A stretch of DNA of 64,000 nucleotides from NCBI RefSeq assembly GCF_964204645.1, contig NC_134028.1:23556345-23620344 (forward strand), given 5' to 3'. Below the pieces are notes generated by a model. That model saw only the letters and a program-made list of their open reading frames with translations. It did no database searches and was not told where the DNA came from. Positions 26,324-37,961 of this stretch are shown here, in pieces. The translations under genes were made by a program, and so were the position numbers. This DNA comes from Tubulanus polymorphus (Eukaryota > Animalia > Nemertea). How positions within the stretch are numbered: the first letter of the stretch is position 1; every line of letters starts with the position of its first letter.

Positions 26324-29064
26324 TCGATTTTTGCCAATACTCGATACATGTATTAAGTGTTCGGTCAATATCCCTGGATATTTCCTGGTCAAATTGATCA
26401 CCTTTTACTAACTCAGGTGGCTATACGAAATGAGTATTGTAAAAGGATGTGTCGAAAAGTTATTCTAGCCATTACTTAACAGTCTCTTAGGTCATTTACA
26501 GTAAAGTATTAACTCTTCGGTATTGAATATTGTGAAATGATCCGTGCATATTTTGTAAATAGAAACATGACATTAGCGTGTGGTATGTGTGCATTCTAAA
26601 TGTGCCAGTAGATGTGAAAAAGACGATTTTATATTCTGAAAATACAAAAGCAACTCCCCTTGCACCCTATATATGTATACTTACTGCGTTACTAGTATAG
26701 TAACCTCTGGCAGAAATCGGAGATTGATAATTTCGAGAAAACGTAGCAATATATTTTTCTATCTATTCATATTTTATATGTTTAAGTACGTAAAAAACCA
26801 ACAACAATAATATCGTAGTTTTAGACTTATGCAAATAAGAATTAATCTCAAAAGATACATCTATATATTCATGTGTTAACGAGTGTCGGTGTCGACCTAT
26901 TACTCGTTTCAAAACCCGAAATATTCATGAGATGAACTACAAAAAAATGTGCTGTTGTTGTTAATTCATGGCTGTTCTGTGAATTATTGAAAGCTTTATC
27001 TTCGAAATTTGTATATAATCCTATTGTTCGGTAATGTGTTGTGACTTCGCTGAACTTTAAACAATCTATTCAGTGATCAGGTCTGTATGGTCTAGGTTGT
27101 GTTAATGCGTTTTCAATTACAGTTATATAAAACCAATTGAATTTAGGTCTACTGAAATCCATTTGAGCTATGTGTGTATGTGCATAGTCTGTATCTAATT
27201 ATTCAGCAAAGCCTGGATTTCCTGGCGGTGTCCTATATCAAAACACAAGGTTTATAATCTATGATCTAATCGTATATTGTGGTGTAGATAGATATGAATA
27301 ACAGGTTGGGGTTTTATGATATTCACGATTAATGATTTCTATCGGACTCCATCTGTTTCAATGTAATCATTTTTGAAAATCAAAAGGACACGTATATGTA
27401 AAACCTACATTTTTCTGTATACAGGAATAATGTCTGGCTGATGTATTAGTAACCTATTCATTGCCTCGAAAATGGAGCCTTTGGTATTTTGGACTACGAA
27501 AAACGAAATTTCGAATATATCAACTATAATATGGATACAGAGTGTAGATAAATGATGCCGCAATTATTGATCTGTTTCTCTGAAGATGGAATTTAGACTG
27601 TAATAATAATTAACTTAAGATATGATCCATTGTAGGATCGTTCATCATCTTCTACACATCCATCTGTCTGAACATAGTTGATAAAATGTATTATGTCGAA
27701 AACGGAATTGGACAGAAAAGTACAAGTAGTCTGTCCAAGCTGATTCTTACTCAATTCCTTTGACCTTTCAGTGAATACACATCTTTTCTTTACTCTTCAT
27801 GTTATATATTTTGTCAAGGGCTTTAACTGTCTCCACTTTATCAAAAAGCCAATAATTCAAACTATTTGTACACATACAAATCAGTGATATTTGACATTCA
27901 AATTTTATAGTTTATTGTCTCTGTACAACAGTAAGATCACTTATTTATGTAGCGTGTGTAACTTGTATTATGTATTATTTAGTGTGTTCATTCTTGATGT
28001 ATTTATACTTAGTTAAATAGCATAGAATGCTTAAATTGATTTGACGATTTTGTTCATGCATTGCAATTATTAATTATATCATCACTTTTTACAGTAGATT
28101 GAGCAATTTCCACCTCGATTTCTGCAGCTGATAGTTCTTACCCCCCCCCCCCTATATGTATTATAATGGTATGTTAGCTATTTTGCAAAATATCTAATTT
28201 ATATGTAAATGGTTGAGGCATTGTCACAATGTTTGGCAGCTTGTTGACTAAAATGTAAAAAAAATAAAATAAAATACTTGGCATATATTTATGTAGCTTT
28301 CTTATCAATTGTCTGGAATGAAGCCAATGAAGATAAGTTACTGGGCAGCAGCGGATCCATTGACTATTTGTGAAGGTCTTGCGACACATTTTAGGGTATC
28401 CTCTATCATCGAAGATGGCGGGGTATTAGCAATTAAGGCGTTCCTTTCAAAGTTTGCGGTTGGTGAGATGCATTTATAGCATTTCCGTGAGGAAAACCTT
28501 TCTGACCAATCATGTGAGAACAGTTTATAAGATTCCATATGATAAGGTAGTAAGAGATCATTCAGAAAAAGGGAACTGAAAACATTTGAGGATCTTACCT
28601 GTCGGGTTCAACTCAGGCAAAGGAGAGTTCTGCGGCTTTTACTGATTGCATGAATTTGAGAAAAAGACCTTTTCCACGCATCAGTATTCAACCTTTATTT
28701 ACATTTTCGAAAAAATAAATTACAAACGATTTTATATATAAATTGATAATCGATCGTACTATAAAAATTCAGAGTAATAGTATCATATATCTTGTATCTT
28801 ATATATCTTAATAGTATAGTATAATATCATCAAATTGATTCATAAATATCAAATGAGATTAGAACATATAGAAAAGGCATCACACATGTAGGTTCTGTTA
28901 AACAGGTTATTCACTATCGTCTGAGACAAACTATTGACCAATATACATTCTGATCAATGCATCAAATATAGTTAATACTTCGATATTCTATAAAAATTAT
29001 TGAGCAATAGAAATGATATTAGTTCAAAATTTTCAATATAATTCAAAATTTCATCCGGATATCA

Positions 29065-32000
29065 CTAGAACCAGTAAAGTGAGTCATTTTTGAAATAATA
29101 GTTGACATCGAATGTCGGGGGGCCATCGAAGATTGGATTCAAGTTATCGATTCGATACATGGCTTCAACTTCTGGAGATGGGAATGTGTGGTTGCTCTTT
29201 CTCGCTGAAATCATGGAGAAGAAGAAGGAGAATTAATCTGATAGCTGATCTACTCAATCTTAGGCGAAAAAAAATTCATACCTTGTTTCTCATTTCTGCT
29301 GAGTTTAAAAGTTGACCCAGCCAGCCACCTATCTACCATGTACATTACTCATGATCAAAGCTAACAGACCCAACAGTTTTAAAAATGAACCGATCACAAA
29401 TTTTATTGCAGTTTACAGAAGTGACCGGCCAAATTAGGAGAAACAAGGTACCGTACATGCATAATTCTTTAAGCCTTATTTTGAATAATACTGTTAAAAC
29501 ACTGTGTGTCCATGTGTAACAGTGATTTTCGATATAACAAAATCCACAGAACAAAGAGAAGAGAATCCGAAATGTTTCCTTGAGCAAATACCGCTAGTTA
29601 ATTTGATATTTCGATTATATCCTAGTCATCTTCAGCAATGCTTGTTTCAAATTGCTTACCTTCATTAACGAAAAAATCAGCGAAATATTGCGCAATGCGA
29701 ATGGCATTAGGAGTGTGTGGAGATGTATGTTTACCATTCCAATCGTATACGTTTTTCTCTGGATGCCACTGAGTTCCGTAAAATGGATAGGAGATGGCTG
29801 GAAATGAATTTCAAATATAAGACCTCATGGCACTTTCTACAATAGGTGCATGTAATTGTATGGTATAGTCAACCTCTCTGATAAACTGCCACCCCCACCT
29901 AAAGAGAACATAACATCATGATCTATATTTTGTCTTAGAATTAGTAAATGAGCCCCTTATGTACCGCTGTCCTCTCTTAACAACAGGAATCCTAAATCAC
30001 ACATTTATCAGGCAGTTTATCAGGGGTTGACAGTAGAATATTATAGTACCTTCCATCGTTGAGATGAATTCAACTCCCTTTCGGTCATAATTAGTGGATA
30101 ACACTCTGAAGAAATCATGTAACTGTGGATATTGCTTGTATGTCTGAAAATTTACAAGGTAACTTATAGAATTATGCATTAATAAACACAAAAATACCTG
30201 TCAGCATCCATACGCAGGGTCGTACATAGCGTGGGCAATTGCCCCTCCCCAGAAATTTTGGAAAAGTGCCTTTTTTGCAGATTTCATTGTTATATCCAAT
30301 AGAACTGCGCCCTTTTTCGGGTTTCTCTACCCCCCCCCCCCCAAAAAATTCAAATGCTAGGTATGGCCCGGTTACATACCTCTGGTAATAGCGCCCAATG
30401 ATGGAAATTAGCAGTAACGGCTTCTTTCTGAAGTATCCTCAATACATCACTCGGCAAATGAGAAAACATACGACTTTCAGTAGTGGCTCCTGTAATGAAT
30501 TACATAAACCGGATCAACATTTCCTATTCATGACACTAATTGCATCATGCACATTAGCAAGTTAGAAAGTGCAGTTTGTGAACGAAAAATGATAAAGCGT
30601 GCTTATCTAAAAACTCAGCGTGCAGTTATCATTTCGCTTATGAAAGCTCCCCAAAATCGAATCAATTACAGGTCAGTTTGAATTTACTGAAAGCATGGAT
30701 GATATTACCCGGTATCAACTCTGTACAAATTCATCCTCCCCGACAGGAATTCGAACCTGTTGACATCAAGAGACTCTGCCATGGTACGAATCCTGTCTGA
30801 TCAGCTCAATTGCACTATAAGCACAGGTTAGGCACGATGCCATGTCGCGATGCCATGAAGTTCGAATCCCTGCTGAGGGAGGACAAAGCTCCTATAAAAG
30901 CGAAGCATGATTCGGTGAAATTTGCAGAAACTCCTTTTACCTTTAGAAAAATTTAGTGGCATTGCAATGTTCATAGCATCTGTTTTTAACAGAACATCTT
31001 TACCGAGAACTAGTGCCGTTAGAAGTTGAAATCCCATACAAGTGCCCCACATCGGAAAAAATACACCTTTTTTATTTTCCTAAAATTCAGATGAAAGTCA
31101 GATGAGCTCCTCACCTGTGGTTACATTTAGAGGCAACGCAATATCTTCCGCGTCCGTAGCTTTGAGGATATACTTGCCAACCACCAATGCAGTTAACAAC
31201 TCAAAACCGTTACAGGTACCCCACATAGGAAAAAAGTCCCCTCTCTCGTCGTGCGCCTACAAAAAGGGAGAAAAGGGTTGTGGGATGTTGCGTTCTTACC
31301 TTTCGAGATGTTCAGTGGTATCGCATAATTTGATGCATGCGCTGCTTTAAGCACATTTTTACCGACAGCAAGAGCGGTAAAGAGTTCAAAGCCGAGACAA
31401 GTGCCCCACATGGGGAAATAATCACCTTTTTTTCTAGCCTAAAACGAATGCATGTATTTAGCCAACTGATCGCTGAACTATCACGAAGAACAGGTACTTG
31501 ACCTTCTTTTCCAGTTTCATTTGCACCGAAACCACAAGAAATGCAGATACGGAAAGAAATGTTAATAATTATCAAGACCAATTCTAGATATATGTTTAGA
31601 TATTAAGAGAGAGCAAGAGAGAGAGAGGACAACAGATAGACTGTAGGGGTTATTTTTGTTTTAATTAAACGTGTAAATAAAAGAGGAAATAGTTTCATCA
31701 ACCAACATTCAAAATCAACATTTTAAGTTAGAATAAGCATAAATAGCAAGATAATATTAGACTTTTTAATGAACAGTTAAGCAAACTGAACTCTCGGTGC
31801 AAACCCTGACAAATGATTATTTACCTGAACAGCCAATTTGAAGAATATTTGACCGATTCTTGCGTAACCAGAATTCACAATATCAACAGCACCTCCAGGG
31901 TATAGAATTCTAAAAATAGAAATAACAACACTGGATTGATTAATACCATAGGCCTTATCAAAAATAGAATTCCCCAACAAGAAATAAACCAGGAAGTAAT

Positions 32001-32669
32001 TATGGCCATATAATACCGGTACTACATACCCATTCAAGTAAGAGAATAACTTTTCATAGTATTCCATGGGCTGGTTGATTCTGAAAATATAAGCGATATA
32101 CAACAAATATTCAACTAAAAATATGGTTGTCTCTACCTAATGCAAGCCTACTTGATAGGAACCACATTAGCACCAGCCATTTGAAGATATTTCACATACG
32201 ATGCAGGAATGTAAGAATCGCCATGTTTCCAATTTGACTTGTCAGTTTCTTGTGCAGCAACCCCTAAAAAAATCATAGTCAGGTTTAACAGAGTTAGCCT
32301 GGGATGATGCCTAGGGGCCAATTATTACAGAGGTAAGAAAAATACTCGATGAGTGAACTGATGGTGAACAACTGTTTAATTTTCTTATGTTCGGGGATTC
32401 AACTGGACAATCCTAACGGATTTTTTGAATCCCCAGACAAACTTATGTTATAACGTTATAATCTGTTGTTTTTGTATTATATAAATGATCATATGTTTGT
32501 CAAATAAATGAAAATGAAATGAAAATGAAATGACAAAGAAATAAACTATTTTAGGAAAACAATACAATAGCTACATTATTGTTGACTTACCAATGATTGG
32601 TCGTAAATTCAAAGCAACTGCAGAGTTAAGGCAGTAACCCAGAGATAGAATTACTACAAACAGCTTCAT
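29065..32669 (-). CDS. GGH: Gamma-glutamyl hydrolase (peptidase C26), with signal peptide
   Basis: Exons 32591-32669 (MKLFVVILSLGYCLNSAVALNLRPIIG), 32152-32263 (SYIPASYVKYLQMAGANVVPI), 32030-32080, 31825-31909 (ILYPGG), one of three exon-5 copies (FPMWGTCxGF), 30380-30489 (VTANFHHW), 30050-30143, 29660-29797 (YPFYGTQWHPEK) and 29065-29204 (ARKSNHTF...). The Cys-His-Glu catalytic motifs are present. Confidence 0.95.
30941..31079 (-). CDS. GGH: GGH exon 5c (catalytic-Cys exon, alternative copy 3)
   Basis: ttttag|...|gtaaaa, 139 nt, phase 0 to 1, ENKKGVFFPMWGTCMGFQLLTALVLGKDVLLKTDAMNIAMPLNFSK. Confidence 0.88.
31115..31256 (-). CDS. GGH: GGH exon 5b (catalytic-Cys exon, alternative copy 2)
   Basis: ttgtag|...|gtgagg, 142 nt, phase 0 to 1, AHDERGDFFPMWGTCNGFELLTALVVGKYILKATDAEDIALPLNVTT. 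Confidence 0.88.
31300..31438 (-). CDS. GGH: GGH exon 5a (catalytic-Cys exon, alternative copy 1)
   Basis: ttttag|...|gtaaga, 139 nt, phase 0 to 1, ARKKGDYFPMWGTCLGFELFTALAVGKNVLKAAHASNYAIPLNISK. Confidence 0.88.
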
Positions 32670-32842
32670 TTTACAGCTACCCAACTGTTGTCACTAGTCA
32701 CAGGACTGTCAACTGAGTGCAATGTGTCACGAGAAACCCTCGGTCATGACAGTAGGGAATCCGGAAGAGAATTCCAGTGTGGGATATCCCTCGAGGAAAT
32801 CCCTTATCGAGGGAATCCCTTCAACGAGCTTACTAGGTCAAA
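32670..32842. promoter_or_regulatory. Bidirectional promoter GGH/SRP68
   Basis: Divergent start codons are only 173 bp apart. Contains a cluster of GGGA(A/T)WCCC-type motifs. Confidence 0.7.
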
Positions 32843-35800
32843 ATGGCGGCTGGAAATGCTGGCGTGTTACAGGCGAATGACAGCGATAAACGGACTGATA
32901 AATCGGGGAAGACGAATGCTGCCGGTGTAGATAGTGAGTAGACTAATAGAACAATCCGTGATCTTTAATTAGAAACTAATGAGAAGTGATTCCGAGCCGC
33001 ATACGTTCCGTAAACTCCACAGAAATGTTACCATCTGTTCTAAATAAAAAGTCCAGACCCAGTTCTAGTATTTTTAGTCTGTGCAACGTCCTTTCATCTA
33101 ATTTCAGTTTTACGGTTGATAAAAGAAGCGCATCTACAACACGGTTTGAGACATGGAGATTATCAGCGTTACAGGTAAGAACTGAGGGATCAAAAGTTGC
33201 GGTTATTCAATTAAAACTTAGAAGTCAATCGGCTAAAGATTTCTCGATTATACATTTCCTAACTAACAGGAGTTACTGCGCCAGGAGAATACGACGTATT
33301 CGAAAATCGTTACATTTTCCTCAAGGCAACAAATATAAAGTACAACATAAAAAGATAACGGAGGATATGCTTAAAGACAGCAGGTATTGTAGGATGTTTG
33401 TTAGGCAATATATTTTGTTTGGCTGAGTAAAAGAAATTTTGTTATATCTTTACTACTCTGAATTTTAGGTATCTATGTCTTCCTTTGATGGAGAGTGAGA
33501 GAGCTTGGAGCTACGCGATGCAGTTGAAATCTGAAGCTAATACGGAACCGAGAAAGAAATTTCATATGATATCTCGTTTGAAGAAGGCAGTTTCTCACGC
33601 GGATGATCTGGAGAAGCTTTGTAAAAGCGGACGCGTGGATGCTCGGACTAAATTAGAGGCACAGGTATACTATTACTTAACCCTTTCAGTGCTGACTAAT
33701 CAATACCTTATAGTGCTGGAGATAATTTTAAAATTTTAAAAAATTCCACCATAGTGTGTTGAATAACGGGAATACCACTGCAGTGCGTCTACACCGCGGT
33801 GCAGTGTATCGTTAGTTACAAGTATTTCACTATGTTTGACAGGTGTTGCCATTTTTCAAGAGAGATAATTACTAATTATTAATTACATCAATACACCACA
33901 GTGCAGTGTACTAGCAAAATCTGTCACTGATTTATACACCGCACTGCGGTGTAGACACACTGAAAGGGTTAACCATTTTTTAAAGGTTTTTTGATGGAAT
34001 TTCTTATATCTGGGGTCCTTCTCTTTGTCTAGGCTTACTCATCCTGGATGCAAGGTACTCTGTATTTCGAACAGGAGAATTGGAAACTGTGTATGGAGTT
34101 GTTTACTAAGGCAAAGTGAGTAATCAATAGTTCATAAGATGATAGATAGACTGATCTCAATGTAGATGCTGATGACAATTGATGACATGACAAGTTTATG
34201 GATCTGACAGTTTTGAGATTTATCTAGATCCCAGTGTTCTCCATATAGTAGAATTTTAAGGAGCTGCATTCATTGTAAAGTGTATGACATCCTAACTGCT
34301 GAAGAAGCAAGGCTTTTGACCCCCAAAAAATACAGAAAATTCAGCTCAATTCTGGCGTAACCTTCTTCACAATAGCTCAATATGTTTCAAAACAATTATC
34401 AGCATTGATGGAATATTGACATCCACTCTGGTGGGGGTAGCAGATATTTTATAAAGGGTGTCCGATTTTCAGAAGGGTAGATGTGAAAATGAAAGGGGTG
34501 GGCGCCCCTCCGAAACCTATGGAGGAGAACGCTGAATTCTTAAGAAAAAAAAATCTCATATCGTCGATTGTGCAATTTTTCGTTTACAATCGTTCCAGTA
34601 AATGATTGTGTACGTTGTATGGTATTTTGATTGTAGGACGATTTACGAGAAATTGTCGACTGCTTTCACCGAGGATCTACAGGTTCTGTATAAACAACGT
34701 GTGGAAGAGATCGCGCCGAATATACGTTACTGCGCTTACAACATCGGCGACAAGTCTGCCATCGACGATCTGATGCAGATGAGGCTGAAATCCGGTAAAG
34801 AAGATCTTCTGACGAGTCAAATAGATGTGAGTTTATAGTGAAATTGTTGTAGCGATCGAAAAAGGGAAAGATCCTAAAGGGTTAACTCATAGCGTTGCTT
34901 TTGGTCTTGACCTCTTGTTAATAAGATTGATTGTTTTGAAATTTCTGTCAAATTTTCAAATATAAGCACATTTTGGAAATTTCATTTCTAGTTATCATCT
35001 GACCTGAACTGGCAAGCAACTGCTGGTTTGGGAGACAACTTAAGTTGTTTTAGCCCTTTCAGTGCTGACTAAATGATTCCCAAAAGCACTTGGAGATGTT
35101 TGAAATCTTTGAAAAAATATCACCCCTGTGTGTTGAATAATGGGCACTCTGTCGCTATAGCGTGTCTTCACCGCAGCAGGTGTATTGTTAGTTACGTATA
35201 TTTCACAAGGTTTTGTACCATACTTTGATGCAGTGTAGAGGCAGTGTAAGGGTCAACGATAAAAGTCGGAATATTATTCTCTATTCAGGACTTGTTGACT
35301 CAAACTCGTGAAAAGCAGACAGCGACGTTATCGGAGGTTTCGTGGCGCGGTCATCAAATTCCGGTGAAAAACGAGAAGGTTCGATTGTTTCTGCTGTCAG
35401 TTCAGGCGAGCGAGAAAGAAATCAAAGAGGCGACGACGATCGACAGTAAAATCTCCGTCTATGAGAGCATGTTCAAAGAGTGTATAGATGCTTTACAGGC
35501 GTTGAGAGATGAGCTGAAAAATGACCCTGTAAGTATCATCGTTTGATCGTAGAGAAATAGTTGGATGCTGGTAGTTGAACTGCAGGGGTCGGGTTGATAC
35601 GAAAAATTGTTAAAGATCATGGCAGTGTATAAAAAATTCAAAAATCTGGTATATGTTGTAATAAATCTGGAAAGAGGCCAATTCAGGCTGGCCACTGATG
35701 AGGAAAAGCTGGAAAACTCAGGCAATCAGAAAAATCTTGAAAAATCAGGCAAAACTGACAAATTTTACCAAAGAAAAACCCTGGAAAACTCCGGGATTTC

Positions 35801-37819
35801 GTATAATGCTGGATTTGAAATTGTACGGATTCTCTGTGTTGTTCAGTCAAACCCCCGTGATGAAACCGGTAGTATTGTGTATTTCATGTCCATCTCGTTG
35901 ATTTCAGAATTTCAAAATCGCGCAAAAAGGCCAAAAAATCGAAGGTCAAGTTTCGAAGTTGCAAATGCTGCACACGTACGTCACGTATTTACGATTGACG
36001 AAAACGATAGAACGCAATTTACTGATGATTCAAAATCTCGAAGAGGGACTTCATAGCAAAAAACAACAGCGCGAAGGGAAGAAAATACCGAAACCTCAGG
36101 ATTTAGCCCGATTATATGAAATCATCGTTCAGGTCGGTATATAGCACATCAGATGCCATCATACACGCGTTTATGACCCGGGCAAAATTTGGCCTGTGTC
36201 AGGTTTAGACCCTGAAAATTCAGGAAATAAGGAATTTTTAGTGTCTTGTTCTTGCTGGTGACAAGTAAGATAAGAAACAGGCCCCACTGAGAACTTCTTT
36301 TAATTCAATCATCGAATTTTGGTCATGTATCTTATCATTTATCAGGGTACTCCCTGATCTATAAGAATGCCGAAAGTTGGGGATTTTGAATTCATGTAAC
36401 TGTGTGTGAACAATGCTCGAAATTCCATGTCTTAACAACTAATTTTGTGTTTTCTTTCTAAAGAATCTTACCGATATACCAAATCTACCTGGGTTCGAAG
36501 ACGATGACTCGATACAGACCGAAGTAGATACTGAAATATTAGGATATAAAGCATTTAGGTTCGTGTGGCATCTTTCAAATTTCATCGACTGTTGTTTTAT
36601 AATGTATAAATATGAATATTTGAGAATCAATTAGTCTAGGTGATCGAAGATAATAAATGCTGAAGAAACTAAAGTATACATCAAATTAATGAAAAGATAG
36701 AAATTTAGGCATTGAAATATTGAAACTTGTTTTGAAAAATTGCAGGTGTTTCTATATAGCAAAAACTTACGCCAGTGTGAAGAAATGGCCGGAGGCTCTA
36801 GCGTTATACGAAAGGGTGCTAAAATATGCAAATCAGTCGTTAGCCGGTTACAAATCATTCAAGGACAGTAAGTCGGAAAAAGTGACGATAGCCGTGACGA
36901 AATTAAATAAACTGGTGCAAACCGTCGATGGATTGAAATATTCGTGCCACGCCGCGAGTATTCTAGACGTAGATAATCTGACAGAGCAAACCGCGTCGAT
37001 GTCAATTCAATCAAAGAAGGTAAGAAAAAAGCGCGAAATTTTTTTACGAAATGAGATGGATCTAAAAAATCAAAATACAGTTGACTCGTCGCTAGCCTCG
37101 GAACTCTCAGGACTGATAGATTCTCTCCAAAGTAGGATACAAATTCCGTGGCATTTGACTCGAGGGTAAATGCAGTGTAATGTACTGGACCCTGATTGCA
37201 CAGTTTATGGTTAAACAGGGTGGCACTTACCTGGAAATCAAGGAAAACACAGGGAACTTTTGTGAAATAGCTTTTAATCTGGGAACAGTCGGGGAAATTT
37301 TAGGAGATTGCTAGATTGCTCGCGTAAAATCAAACAGTTTCCATCTATGTTTTACGTATTTTACTGTGTTAATTTCTAGCAAATCAGTCGGGGGAACAGC
37401 TTGCATGTCAGGGAATAGTCACGCTGAAAGTTAGTCAAATAAAAGTGGCCACACCGTAAAACATTTGACTGTAGTGTTTAATAAGTCCTATGATCTGTGA
37501 CCAGGATCTCAATTCCACTGAGTCTACGATTGATAATTCATAGTTAGCGATCAACGTCTTCACGATATCTTCTCTGTATTTTTTTCAGCCACTGATTGAT
37601 CGATTAGACGAGTACGTTACCGACTCGTCGTTAACCGGCAAGAAACCAAATCTCGTACCGTTCCCGCCTGATTTCCAACCGATCGCGTGTAAACCGTTGT
37701 TCTTCGATCTGGCGTTGAATCATCTAGAATTCCCGTCGCTAGATGATAAAGTCGAACAGAAGAGAGGCGGCGGTATTACCGGTTTCGTTAAAGGATGGTT
37801 GTGGGGCAGTAAAAAATGA
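32843..37819 (+). CDS. SRP68: Signal recognition particle subunit SRP68
   Basis: Exons approx. 32843-32933, 33108-33174, 33270-33383, 33469-33664, 34033-34116, 34637-34825, 35289-35528, 35909-36132, 36464-36558, 36746-37019, 37589-37819. Motifs [88 protein letters not shown]. Confidence 0.96.
33677..33972. mobile_element. piggyBac-like MITE copy (SRP68 intron)
   Basis: TTAA-CCCTTTCAGTGC...ACACTGAAAGGG-TTAA, closely similar to 12532-12819. Confidence 0.85.
35050..35256. mobile_element. Degenerate piggyBac-like MITE copy
   Basis: CCCTTTCAGTGCTGACT start and a decayed right end (GTAAGGGTCAA). Confidence 0.65.
37217..37456. repeat. Dispersed CAGGGAA-rich repeat with CAGGGTGGC(C)AC-type ends (related copies approx. 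1536-1790, 7997-8240, 12380-12900, 19770-19945, 35686-35830, 46560-46785, 55477-55890)
   Basis: Shared core CTAGATCGC..GTAAAATCAAACAGTTTCCATCTATGT in several copies, plus GTGGCCACCCTG-like termini. Confidence 0.7.
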
Positions 37820-37961
37820 TAGACTATTCAATAATGTACATTGTTATATATGTATGTATGTATGTGTTAAAACATTGGTTATGGGTCATCATAAAGAGTC
37901 AGCCACATTGTGTTTCATGATTGAGCTATTGATGCGACCACTAACTCGACATCTGTCCCTG

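Noticed and set aside
29279-29450. 13-bp inverted repeat (TACCTTGTTTCTC / GAGAAACAAGGTA) in the last GGH intron
   Set aside because: Too short to separate from chance or a decayed MITE end without comparative data.
31312-31581. ORF upstream of GGH exon 5a as a possible fourth alternative exon
   Set aside because: No WGTC motif or similarity to the three copies, and no phase-compatible acceptor.
34136-34210. TGATGA and CTGA motifs in an SRP68 intron, considered as a C/D snoRNA
   Set aside because: No canonical RTGATGA box with a terminal stem, and no recognisable rRNA antisense element.
36133-36463. SRP68 intron with AAG acceptor and a CTTAAC branch-like motif, considered as a U12 intron
   Set aside because: The donor is GTCGGT, not the U12 RTATCCTT consensus.
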